Notes: generated from the letters alone by a model not told the origin. Shown: positions 1-11,252, counted from the whole stretch's first letter. The stretch is DNA of 63,451 bases, filler included, from Octopus bimaculoides (GCF_001194135.2; 5 parts of 5 records of this genome joined end to end with filler, not necessarily neighbours in it), one strand, 5' to 3'. Numbers and translations: made by a program.

Positions 1-939
1 TATATATATACATATATATATAGTTATGTGCTATGTGCATGTGCGTGTGTGCGTATTTTCCGGTGATATACACCGTAAACGATATAAGTATCAACGAGAA
101 AATCTATAAAGCGCTGCGTTTGAAAAAGGCAAAAACATACGTTATGGTATTTGTTCTGCCTGAGCTGCATAAACACTCTTTTTGGAGTTGGTGTGGTAAG
201 GCGAACCAGTGATTGGTCTGTTGTTGGAAATCAGTAACCAACAACGCTATTGTTCACCAAACGCATGATATCAAATACTATATGCAAATAAGTAAATTGT
301 ACGGGTATGTGTGCACGCCTGCGCGTAGACATTGACGAAGAGTCATGCAAACGAATGCTGTATGAAAACATGGCCGTAGAGTAAATATATTTATATATAA
401 TCTAAATGTAAAATTATACAATTGTCTAACATGTTATTTGTACAGAAAGGAGAGCAAAGAAAATAATCGAAGACAAGATCAAAGTAAGCATTTCTAAAGG
501 AAGAAAACAGTTTGTTGAAGAAAAAAAGGAAAAGGGAAAAGATTGAGTAAAGGAGGAATAGAATGTCGCTGGAAATTATTTTGTGGAAATTCTAAGGCAT
601 CAACAGACGTTTATACAAATACTGATTTCTCATATTGGTACAAGGCGACAGATTGATGCAGTAGTTTTATACAACATATCTGTAGTTGGTACTGTATGGT
701 GCCAAAGATCATACACACACACACTGCTTCACTTCATTTGTTTTTAATTAGCTTTTAATTAATTTATATTTCGGAATTGTTTCCCCTACGTTTCTTGATC
801 AGAATTAATGATTAAGATTAATCATTGTTTCTCCTTATCATTAAATATGTCATTCTAATTAATCAATACTTCTTGGTTAAATACATGAAATATGTTTAGT
901 ATCACATTCAGTTCTATATTTAAGAGATGAGGAATTATG

Positions 940-1089
940 TACATTATTTACATTATTAACATTCGACGGATATTTGTACTCATCTTGTTTGTTGTTAACA
1001 CAACGTTTCGGCTGTTATAGCTTCCAGCCTTCTTCAGGTGTCTTAGGGAAATTTCGAAACCTGGATTCTCATTCCTAAGGTATTTTCGA

Positions 1090-1147
<58 letters not shown>

Positions 1148-1189
1148 ATCACTGCCTGGAATCGAACTCGGAATCTTGGGGTCAGTAGC
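940..1189 (-). mobile_element. 5'-truncated copy of a tRNA-headed SINE-like element with hammerhead-like tail (inverted partner of 1200-1473)
   Basis: Reverse complement matches 1225-1473 at high identity: B box, internal (AAT)n, CTGAAGA...GAAACGTT tail and (AATGTAAAT)n terminus. The A box is missing. Confidence 0.85.
997..1042 (-). ncRNA. Minimal type I hammerhead-ribozyme-like motif
   Basis: Minus strand reads GACAC-CTGAAGA-A-GGCTG-gaagctataa-CAGCC-GAAA-CGTT-GTGTT. Stem I is GACAC/GTGTT, stem II is a perfect 5 bp, and stem III is reduced to the palindrome AACGTT. Confidence 0.7.
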
Positions 1190-1199
1190 ACACAAGCAT

Positions 1200-1278
1200 G
1201 TGGCGTAGTGGTGAAGAGCGCGGGCTACTAACCCCAAGATTCCGAGTTCGATTCCAGGTAGTGACCTGAATAATAATG

Positions 1279-1319
<41 letters not shown>

Positions 1320-1473
1320 GACATCGAAAAATACCTTAAGAATGAGAATCCAGGTTCGAATTTTCCCCAAGACACCTGATGAAGGCTGGGGGGTATGTCA
1401 GCAGAAACGTTGTGTTAACAACAAACAAGATGAGGACAAATATCCGTCAAATGTAAATAATGTAAATAATGTA
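1200..1473 (+). mobile_element. tRNA-headed SINE-like element with internal (AAT)n and hammerhead-like 3' region
   Basis: A box TGGCGTAGTGG (1201), B box GAGTTCGATTCC, (AAT)n body, CTGATGA...GAAACGTT motif and tandem AATGTAAAT tail. Confidence 0.85.
1371..1416 (+). ncRNA. Minimal type I hammerhead-ribozyme-like motif
   Basis: GACAC-CTGATGA-A-GGCTG...CAGCA-GAAA-CGTT-GTGTT. Core is canonical, stem II is 4 bp and stem I is GACAC/GTGTT. Confidence 0.68.
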
Positions 1474-2004
1474 GTATCACATTGCTGTAAACTTTTAGAC
1501 GTTTATACTGTTCAATCGACTTCCTAGCGCACTGCTGAGAATTCTTTTATTGATTACTAAAAGATAACTGAAAGGAACATAAAATCGTTAGAACGCCCGA
1601 CAAAATACCTTGCGATACTTGTTTTGACTCTCTGCATTCTGAATTCGATTCGCACCTACATCATTTTCGCTTTATATACTGTTGGAAAAAAAAATACAAT
1701 AAAGTGACGGTTCAGGTCAGTGTAGATTGGCCGAATTATTAGCGTTGAACAAAATATTTTGTGGTATTTTCTCTGGTCCTTTACTTCCTGAATGCCCAGG
1801 TAGATATGGGGAACTTGTCTTTGTCTTGCCGAAATAAATGCTCGAAGGAAGTCAACAGAAAAACAGCTTCGCAGTTTCTTACTAAGAATTCTCGACAAAA
1901 GCACATTTATCAATAAAGCTACTAGAGGGTCATTTCATTCGTAAACCTGTTGATGTAAAGAAAATAAGAGCGAAGATGTTCACAACAGGAATTAAGTTCA
2001 CCGC

Positions 2005-2631
2005 TTAACCCTTTGCACGTCTAAAAAAATTTTCCTAAATTTGTCCTTAACGTCCAAGCTTGCTTTCATAATTCCGGTTATCCTTATTTCATAAGCTCTA
2101 TTATTGTTGGCACTCCGTCGCTTACGATGTCGAGGGTTCCAGTTGATCCGATCAACGGAACAGCCTGCTCGTGAAATTAACGTGAAAGTGGCAGAGCACT
2201 CCACAGACACGTGTACCCTTAACGTATTTCTCGAGGATATTCAGCGTGACACAGTGTGACAAGGCTGGCCCTTTGAAATACAGGTACAACAGAAACAGGA
2301 AGAAAGAGTGAGAGAAAGTTGTGGTGAAGGAATACAGCAGGATTCGCCACCATCCCCTGCCGGAGCCTCGTGGAGTTTTAGGTGTTTTCGCTCAATAAAC
2401 ACTCACAACGCCCGGTCTTGGAATCGAAACCGTGATCCTATGACCGCGAGTCCGCTGCCCTAACCACTGGGCCATTGCACCTCCACACATAAGCTTTAAT
2501 ATGTGTAATATAAAGCTTTTCTTTCATTTGTCCTAAGTTCCTCAAGTGGTAAAAAAATGGGAACCTGTAACATATATAAGGCATGGACGCCAAGGAAATA
2601 TGTGTAATGCACATGACAGTCGAAGGGTTAA
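2005..2631. mobile_element. piggyBac-like MITE (TTAA-flanked), interrupted by a SINE
   Basis: TTAA-CCCTTTGCACGTC at 2005 and GACAGTCGAAGGG-TTAA ending at 2631: imperfect CCCT-type TIRs with TTAA on both sides. Confidence 0.6.
2101..2487 (-). mobile_element. tRNA-derived SINE family A (~385 bp, AAC/AAT tail)
   Basis: Near-identical to copies at 6285, 8701, 22756 and 36833. Head GTGGAGGTGCAATGGCCCAGTGGTTAGGG with A and B boxes. TSD CATAAGCT(C/T)TA at 2090-2100 and 2488-2498. Confidence 0.92.
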
Positions 2632-3295
2632 AGAGTAGTAACGGAAAACCGGTGGAACCAATGGTCTATGTTTTGCGCCCAATGTATTTATAAAGAAGTA
2701 TGTGACGAATGCTGAAGAGGCTTCTAAATATTTATACTCCTACACAATATTTACATTCCAACATATATATTTACATACCGCACATTTCTCAAATATTTAT
2801 TTAGTCGAATGTTATGGAGAAGACAATTCTTGTCAATAATTATTTGCACTGGTTTCTGGGATAAAGTGGTTTTCGGTGCTGTTGTTGTTGTTGTTGTTTA
2901 CTCCCAAATTATTCGTCTGAGTAAATCTATAATCAAAGACATTCTACTTATGATTAATATAAGAGGAACATTTCTTATGATTAATTCATCTTTTCGTATA
3001 TCTCTAGAATAATGAGGATAAAATTGTCCAGTAGATGCTTCACTTTCTGAAACGATACAATAAACTTAAAGTACATTTGGCTGCTATTTTTAATTGATCA
3101 AGGAATATGTATTCTATAATTTAGGCAACGTTTTTTTTTTTTTTGAATTCTTGCGTTAACGTGGTTCACTTTCTTTTCTAAACCCAAGGTCCTATAAAAT
3201 AAATGGTAGGTACCCATTATGGACGAGCCTATTTCCCGCGTCCCCATCAAACAAATATTTGTTGTCAATGTTATAAAAGGGAACTTGGCCCTATC

Positions 3296-3670
3296 TTTTT
3301 CAATTAATATATAATAAACTTAATTCCTATACAAGGGTATAATATAAAAATAGATAGGTATTCAATTATCTTATCCGTTATTTTTAATCTTTAGTTATCT
3401 AATGTAATTATCAATAATTGTATATATTATTATTAATTATTATAATTTTTCAATTATTATATAATAAGGTTAATTCCTATATAAGAGTTTATTATAGTGA
3501 ATATATAGATATTTGCTTGTCTTTTCTGTAATTTTTATTTGTTTAATTACCCAGTGAGATCCTCAGTGGTTGTATATGTTGTTGAATATAGTAATTCTCC
3601 AGTAATATTATAAAATAAGATTAATTCCTATTGAAGGGGTTATTATATTAAATAAATAAATAGGTAATTG
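3296..3670. repeat. Degenerate AT-rich tandem repeat, ~150-bp period, about 2.5 copies
   Basis: TTAATTCCTAT anchor recurs at 3320, 3470 and 3621 with similar flanks. Confidence 0.55.
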
Positions 3671-5135
3671 ATTACTGCGACGTAAAGTACATAAGTTTCT
3701 ATTAAGCATTACGTAGAATTATTATCTGAGTTTTTATTCTTTTGTTATCTATTAAGCATAACTTTGAATTCTTGTGTGTAGTTTTGGTTCTTTAGATAAC
3801 CAGTGACGTTATGAATTATAGATAAATATACTCGTTTTCTACATTAGGTTTTTTTTTATGTAGATTTCAAATTGTCAAAATATATGGAATTAGTATGGCA
3901 TTTTTTATTTTATTTTATAAGCTAAATTAGTTATTCAATGACGTTGCTCTTTGTTGAATGAATGAATGTCTGAAGTTAAATTTGGTTTGGCGTTTCTTTT
4001 TGTCAGCGTTTTTTAACAGCTAAAACTTTTTTCAGATGTTCTGTCAGAATTTTCACCAATTTGGATTACCTTCATAATGTTGTGTTGATATAAATATTCG
4101 TACATATATTTCATTTTAATAATATTGTGTGTGTGTGTGAATATATATATTTATGTATTATGTATGTATATGCTAATACAATTAAAACAATTATAGGATT
4201 TCCCTGCCATACATGAGGATTTACCTAGGATTTGTATTCTACATACATTTACTGGTATCTACTTGTTGGAAATTTTACCTTATTCCTTTATACTGAGTTC
4301 TTACTTGATATCTGCTAGGATTTTTCAATCCTATTTTTTTCTTTCACATATATATATATATATATANNNNNNNNNNNNNNNNNNNNNNNNNNNNNNNNNN
4401 NNNNNNNNNNNNNNNNNNNNNNNNNNNNNNNNNNNNNNNNNNNNNNNNNNNNNNNNNNNNNNNNNNNNNNNNNNNNNNNNNNNNNNNNNNNNNNNNNNNN
4501 NNNNNNNNNNNNNNNNNNNNNNNNNNNNNNNNNNNNNNNNNNNNNNNNNNNNNNNNNNNNNNNNNNNNNNNNNNNNNNNNNNNNNNNNNNNNNNNNNNNN
4601 NNNNNNNNNNNNNNNNNNNNNNNNNNNNNNNNNNNNNNNNNNNNNNNNNNNNNNNNNNNNNNNNNNNNNNNNNNNNNNNNNNNNNNNNNNNNNNNNNNNN
4701 NNNNNNNNNNNNNNNNNNNNNNNNNNNNNNNNNNNNNNNNNNNNNNNNNNNNNNNNNNNNNNNNNNNNNNNNNNNNNNNNNNNNNNNNNNNNNNNNNNNN
4801 NNNNNNNNNNNNNNNNNNNNNNNNNNNNNNNNNNNNNNNNNNNNNNNNNNNNNNNNNNNNNNNNNNNNNNNNNNACACACACACACATGTAAACAGCCAT
4901 CACCACACACACATACACACATACGCACATATATGTGCTATTATTACAAACACACACAGCCCTGCGCGCGCGCACATACCCACACATACAGACATATATC
5001 TCCTTTTCTTGCACTCTCCTGTCATAGAAAGAACTTTTTCTTCACCCATTCCCTTCCGGTCATTTCAAAATGTAATTTCGTGTGTATCGTTGGCGATTTT
5101 CTTCCTCCGTCTTCCTTTCCTTTGGACTTTCCTCT

Positions 5136-5170
5136 ATTTCTAAAGAAGAGCAAGGCTCGAAACGTTAAAT
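5136..5170 (+). ncRNA. Degenerate minimal hammerhead-like motif (core G5>A)
   Basis: ATTT-CTAAAGA-A-GAGC-aag-GCTC-GAAA-CGTT-AAAT. Same architecture as 1371-1416 but different stem sequences. Confidence 0.6.
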
Positions 5171-5327
5171 CCTCTTTCCTTCCTTTCTTGAGCGTCTGAG
5201 AATACAGTACTTATACCACGTCCTCGCGTTATTGTTTTTCTTTGTTTGTTCTTCATTTGGAGTCACTATATATATATGGAAAAAAGTCAAGGTAGAAAAT
5301 GCTAAAATAATTTTATAAAAAACATTT

Positions 5328-5363
5328 CAGTACTGGTTTCAGTCATTGAGACTTTTTCAACTG
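5328..5363 (-). ncRNA. Degenerate minimal hammerhead-like motif
   Basis: Minus strand reads CAG-TTGAAAA-AGTC-tcaat-GACT-GAAA-CCA-GTA-CTG. Stems I and II pair; the core has two substitutions. Confidence 0.5.
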
Positions 5364-5707
5364 TATGTATGGAAAACAATTAAATTTTGGAAAAATTAAA
5401 AGAAAAGATTTTTAAAAGAACATTTTGCATAGTATTCAGATGCAAGGGGCATTTTCCTTGTTTCTGCCTGTCTCTGTCTCTCTTTTTTACTCTTGTGAGT
5501 TCGAGGTCGTTGTGAACTCTTAGCAGGGAAGAAGAAGGAGAAGAAGAAGAAATATAAATTTAAATAATTATGTTCTCTAACCGGCAACATCTACTGCAGT
5601 GAATTATCTTCTGCAGAACCGTTTCCGGAATTTAGCGCGCCAGAGCTGAGACATTTGAAAATAACCCGAATGTAATCGGTAGAACGGTACGCACCTGCAT
5701 GAGGCGG

Positions 5708-6030
5708 GATGTGATTTATAAATGTGAAGTGCAGGCAGGTGCACAAAAATATGCGTACATCGATGCAACTTCCGATAAGATGCAGAATCATCTGAGAAAT
5801 CACATTGCATCCTTTTCAGATGAAAATAACAGTCACTGCACATGATTAGCTAATCTCATCTGGAGACCAAAGTAGAGAGGAATATACATCTAAATGGTTC
5901 ATATCGAAAAACGCCCAAACCCTCTGACGGAACATCATGGGCCTGCAAGTTATTATCTGCAAGAAAAAATGTAATTAACATTCGGAAATAGTATTATCAT
6001 GTCGGCACAGAATTCAGAAATCATTCATGG
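5708..6030 (+). mobile_element. Penelope-like element, decayed GIY-YIG endonuclease region
   Basis: Manual translation DVIYKCEVQAGAQKYAYIDATSDKMQNHLRNHIASF...T*LANLIW, then YLQEKM*...NSEII. Fits the VIY...YIG.T...R..NH..SF...LS.HIW...CLxEK...SEI pattern, with stops. Confidence 0.75.
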
Positions 6031-6284
6031 AACTTTTGTGAAACAAATACCAATAGATCATCGATATCATCCGAACCAGATGCTGGAAGGGCCTTGTGAG
6101 CCTATGCAACCAAAAAATGTCCTAAATATGGAATAATATTTATTACAAGCAGGTACAGATGTAGCGGATTATAATTATCACGGATACCGGTATAATTTAT
6201 ATGCATAATAATGTAAGTACAATATATTATCTCAATGAAATATATACAAACAAAACAATGTTCGGAGTAAATTGATGAATATAT

Positions 6285-6662
6285 TATTGTTGTTGTTGTT
6301 GTTGGCACTCCGTCGTTAACGATGTCGAGGGTTCCAGTTGATCCGATCAACGGAACAGCCTGTATAAGTGGCTGAGCACTCCACAGACACGTGTACCCTT
6401 AACGTAGTTCTCGGGGATATTCAGCGTGACACAGTGTGATAAAGCTGACCCTTTGAATTACAGGCACAACAGAAACAGGAAGAGTGAGAGAAAGTTGTGG
6501 TGAAAAAGTACAGCAGGGTTCGCCACCATCCCCCGCCGGAGCCTCGTGGAGCATTAGGTGTTTTCGCTCAATAAACACTCACAACGTCCGGTCTGGAAAT
6601 CGAAACTTCGATCCTATGACCGCGAGTCCGCTGCCCTAACCACTGGGCCATTGCGCCTCCAC
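6285..6662 (-). mobile_element. tRNA-derived SINE family A
   Basis: Matches 2101-2487, with a small internal deletion and a (AAC)n tail. Confidence 0.92.
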
Positions 6663-7616
6663 GATGAAAATATAGACCTGCAACAACAATCAACGGATGG
6701 ACTAATGAACAACCAACAGCGAGTACGCCCCTTTAAGGAGCTTTGGTTGACAGCGCAGCAGTGGTTTATGTAAAGTACTTAATTGTCCCAAGCTCACTGC
6801 AAAAAATACCTTGGACGGCGCCAAATTTACCAATCTGGAACTGATAAGATGAAAAAAAAATTGTTCTTTTTCATTTACGGGTCTGTTTAATCATTAGAGA
6901 AATACATTATGGCGGGCTGAGTTTTAATCCCCAACTGACTGTAATGTGTTTCCTCTTCATACACTCTATCGAATTTTTTCTTCTCTTTTGTTCTCGCTTT
7001 TCTTTTTATTTTACTTCCTGTCCGCCTACACTGAACTGAAAACACAATATTTTCTCCTCTTTTTTTCTATTGTTTCTCTTCTCTTTTTCATGTCCGCCCG
7101 CATAGATATGAAAACAAAGCACAGTACTATCTCTTTCGATTTTCTTGCCTTGTATCTACTACATATTTAACACGTTGGTAAGTTGCAGAAATTCACAAAC
7201 ACCACCCATAAATCCAACAAAGCTTTTTGATTGATGCGGAATGCTAAACATCCCGAAATTAAACATTAATGCAGAATGCTTGGGGGAGTATACATGTTAT
7301 AATGGGCTCCCTTAAGATCCATAGATATTATAAATGATATTCAACAAAATACTATGTATGTGAGAATGTAGTCACAAAAAAGATGTGTCATGCCGAAACA
7401 TATGTAGCTATACATTAATGAAATATAAAGATTTCCATCCGACAAATTTCTCGTTATTAATATATTTATCCTACGCTATATGCAGCGCTACATACATAAC
7501 AATACCATGCGATTATTTGAGAAGGTGGGAATAATAAGCGGTAGCCAGCAACGAGTAGCATAGGAGCTTTTACGAGCCCACTCGAAGGCATATGCCGTAA
7601 ATAAATTTAAAGGATG

Positions 7617-7617
<1 letters not shown>

Positions 7618-7674
<57 letters not shown>

Positions 7675-7690
7675 GATAGATAGATAGATT
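7618..7690. repeat. (TAGA)n microsatellite
   Basis: Direct reading of the sequence. Confidence 0.95.
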
Positions 7691-7710
7691 ATTCTTAAAC
7701 AAGAATGTTG

Positions 7711-7760
7711 TTGACAGCGACTTCGAAATTTCGGCTTACTAAGCCATCGTCGGATTGTGA
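7711..7760 (-). ncRNA. Minimal hammerhead-like motif at the 3' end (pLTR) of the Penelope-like element
   Basis: Minus strand reads CCGACGA-T-GGCTT-agt-AAGCC-GAAA-T-TTCGAA-GTC: perfect 5-bp stem II, palindromic TTCGAA in stem III and a GUC triplet. Core U4>C, and stem I is eroded. Confidence 0.6.
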
Positions 7761-8700
7761 TGCATTAGAATGAGTCTCACCTTTATATAGTCTCTGTTGA
7801 GTTAAAGTCTTCCTTGAGTGTATAGGTTCGAGTGGAGGATGTAATAAGGTTTTTATGGTTGGTTGTAATGTCGAGGTGTTTTGAAGAAATCTTGATTAAA
7901 TTTGTTGTTATGTTCTTGTTTAGAATTTATTCATACATGTAGAATTTTGTAAACAAACCTGTGGGTGTTTCTCTTTTGTTGACTAGGCACAAGGCATAAT
8001 AGTATTTGTGTTGCTTTTGGTATTATTGGATTTAATCTTTTTGCTTTGACAATATAAAGGTCAAAGGTACAAAGTCCAGTAGTTAAGCCCTTAGTAATTG
8101 GGTATGTCAAATTTTTTTACAAAAGAATGTAGGCAGGTGGTAAGTTTAGGTTGGTCATTTCTTTACTTGTTGCTCTTTAGGATATTTTTTTTGTTTTCAT
8201 ATGTAACAAAACCAAGATATATCTAGCTGATGCCCCTCCCCTACAAATGAAAACAAGAAATATCCTAGATAACGTAAACAACGCCTACTGCTGTTAATGT
8301 AAGGTTTGCACTTTTCTCATAGCATTTTCCTTTTATGTCGATACATGTTTCGCTAGAGTTGTAGCAATTTGCCTAACTTGAATATTAAACAAGGACTTGG
8401 ATTGTTGAATGATTCTGAAGAGATCTTCTGTCGCACCCACACATTTCCGTATTTTTGTCATTTCACTAAGATACTTCAACACAACCTCCGTCTCATACAC
8501 AACAGTTTCTATATTGCATTGACTGTTTAGTGGGCATGTGGTGTTACCACTACCTAAGCAGCTTGCCTCTATTCTAGGTTTGGACCAACTAAATAATATT
8601 TTCTTGCTGTTAGGTGCATAGCTACAAGAGAACCTCAATGTTCTTTTTTTTTCATATATTAAACTATTAATGATCTTTTATTTGAGGTAAATGCTTATCG

Positions 8701-9087
8701 GTGGTTGGCATTCCGTCGGTTACGACGACGAGGGTTCCAGTTGATCCGATCAACGGAACAGCCTGCTCGTGAAATTAACGTGCAAGTGGCTGAGCACTCC
8801 ACAGGCACGTGTACCTTAACGTAGTTCTCGGGGATATTCAGCGTGACACAGTGTGACAAGGTTGACCCTTTGAATTACAGGCACAACAGAAACACGAAGT
8901 AAGAGCGAGAGAAAGTTGTGGTGAAAGAGTACAGCAGGGTTCACCACCATCCATCCCCTGCCGGAGCCTCGTGGAGCTTTAAGTGTTTTCGCTCAATAAA
9001 CACTCACAACGCCCGGTCTGGGAATCGAAACCGCGATCCTACGACCGTGGGTTCACTGCCCTAACCACTGGGCCATTGCGCCTCCGC
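8701..9087 (-). mobile_element. tRNA-derived SINE family A nested in the Penelope-like element
   Basis: Full length. Perfect 12-bp TSD AAATGCTTATCG at 8689-8700 and 9088-9099. Confidence 0.95.
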
Positions 9088-10523
9088 AAATGCTTATCGA
9101 ATAAACTTATTAAAATCCTACATTCGCAAGCTTTTTAATTTAATGGAAAATGGTGGTGTAAACTGTATAACGCTCTGGTGGCGTTTTCTCTTGGTGGGGT
9201 TAGAGCCGGGCATATTACTAATTTCATCACTGAAACCAATTGTAGCAGGCATGGAAGCTCTCCTTATCTTAAGGTAGGTTGGAAACTCTTCTGCTATTCA
9301 TCTTAACAAGGTTCCTGAAATCTATGGTTGGATGGCAGGCAGCAGTATTAATATATATTCTAAAATGGTTATAAGTGCGCCAGTGCTTAGGTTTAATATC
9401 TTATACAGGAAACCAACTACTTTCAAATTAGTCTATATTGTGACTTTGGACCCAGGAGAATTAAGTGTATGAATCAAATCCTTCCTGAATCCATTCAGTG
9501 TATGGTAGTTCGACCCTCTGTATAGTACCAAGACATCTTCTCTATCCTGGTCAAAGCTAGTTGAAGGGAATGTCTTCGTAAGCATGTCAAGAATAAAAAG
9601 GACACTAAAGTTACATGCATCAGGACTGTCGAATGCTGCCAACGCAACATGGAAGATGCCTTCTGATTCAGTCTGCTGAACCCAGATCGAACCATTGACG
9701 AATAGAAGGGCTTTGCTGACGTGCATGATGATAATTATGTCATCATTGCTAAGTTCAGTAGAGCTCCCACCGAAATAAGTGACCTATGTAACAAAACCCT
9801 CGATACAGATGGATAAAAATCTACTATATCATACCCTCGGTGCTTAATCTAAAAGCTATTTCTATGACCTCGTGGTTATTGATATTATAGGCCTGAGACA
9901 ACTTTCTTGTATGTTTGTGTCATATTGTTTGTTGGGAGCCGTGTGTTTGACATAATATCTGCCAATTCTTAGTCTTATCTGAAAATAGTAAAACCCTAAA
10001 AATTTATAAAGCTTATGAACGTCTTCCCTAAGGACTTACGGAATCTCTGTTTTGGTATGATGTTAAAGAGATCTGCTTCAAAGGTTTCCAGTTCTTAACT
10101 CTGGAATTTTCTTGATCTAATCTCAAAGTGCTTGGAATATGTGGCTGAACATGCATGGTCGTAGAAAACGCTTGACAAGTCGATCATCTTCTCTAACAAC
10201 ATACTCGTATAGAAATCGTTAGATGGATTTTGGATGATACATTTTGTTAAGTATTCCAGATCATACAATAAGCGCACTGCCAGGGTTAACAACAAGAGTT
10301 ATTATTGACCTATTACAACGTACCTGACATCACATGAGAGCCTATAAATTGTCAAAAAATCCATGAGTCAGAAAAGAATAGGTTCGCATGTATTAGGTAA
10401 CAGCGAATATATCAATATTATTAATTCAAGACATTAAAGTCTCATAACAGCCAAATTACCGATTGGCTTCATACTGGAGGTGGAGAAACAAATTCAGCAA
10501 TCATCCGAAATGGTTATGTGTGT

Positions 10524-10576
<53 letters not shown>

Positions 10577-10916
10577 TGTGTGTGTTTGTGCTTGTGCAAT
10601 ATACATATATAGATACATGCATATATATATATATATATATGATTTACCTACAAATAAATACATACATTTACGCATATATGTTTGTTGTTACAGATGTCAA
10701 TGTATATAGCGTATAAAGATGTGTGTAAACATATACACAAGCACTCATTCTGTCTCCCACTTCTCTTTCTCTCCCTCCCTCTCTCTCCCTCCCTCTCCCT
10801 CTTTCTTTTACTCTTACTCTCATCACTCACATACATAAATGTATATCTAACGTTTTGATTAGTACATATATTCTTACATACTTACAGAAATACATATATG
10901 TATAATATATGTATAC

Positions 10917-10968
<52 letters not shown>

Positions 10969-11221
10969 CAAAGTTTTTTTCCTAATCCGTCGACAGCATT
11001 ACTCGCCGTTAGTATATGAGGAATTACGGTTCATTAAACCAATTCAATTACCTCAAACAAAGAGGTAAAAAAAAAATCAAATATATACCTGCGTTCTTCA
11101 TTTCATCTTAAATACTAATTTGTTATTTCATCGCGTAATTCTGTTATCTACCCATTATATGCGTGTATCTGTAGATGTCTTGAATGTTGATGTACATATA
11201 TGATTTTCTGTGTGTTTCTAC

Positions 11222-11252
<31 letters not shown>

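Larger units (their letters stand above)
7690..10330 (-). mobile_element. Decayed Penelope-like retroelement (RT + GIY-YIG), about 2.2 kb excluding the inserted SINE
   Basis: N-terminal ELETFEADLFNII...FSDKTKNW (~9950-10090). RT-like FHVALAAFDSPDACNFSVLFILDML...LYR (9433-9726). Endonuclease CPLNSQCNIETVVYETEV...CVGATEDLFR...TTLAKHV (8333-8638). Hammerhead-like motif at the 3' end. Confidence 0.85.

Noticed and set aside
160-350. ATTGG (CCAAT box) and ATGCAAAT octamer near the window start
   Set aside because: Short motifs expected by chance in AT-rich DNA; no linked gene or snRNA was identified.
780-820. CTGATCA-A-GAAACGTA on the minus strand, hammerhead-like
   Set aside because: No stem II and no stem I pairing; at best a deleted relic.
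1200-1270. tRNA-like sequence as a functional tRNA gene
   Set aside because: Has A and B boxes but no proper acceptor stem and runs into a repeat body; it is a SINE head.
4036-4095. Acceptor followed by ATGTTCTGTCAG, resembling the LRR exon start
   Set aside because: Stops after 13 codons and shows no real similarity to 18603-18784.
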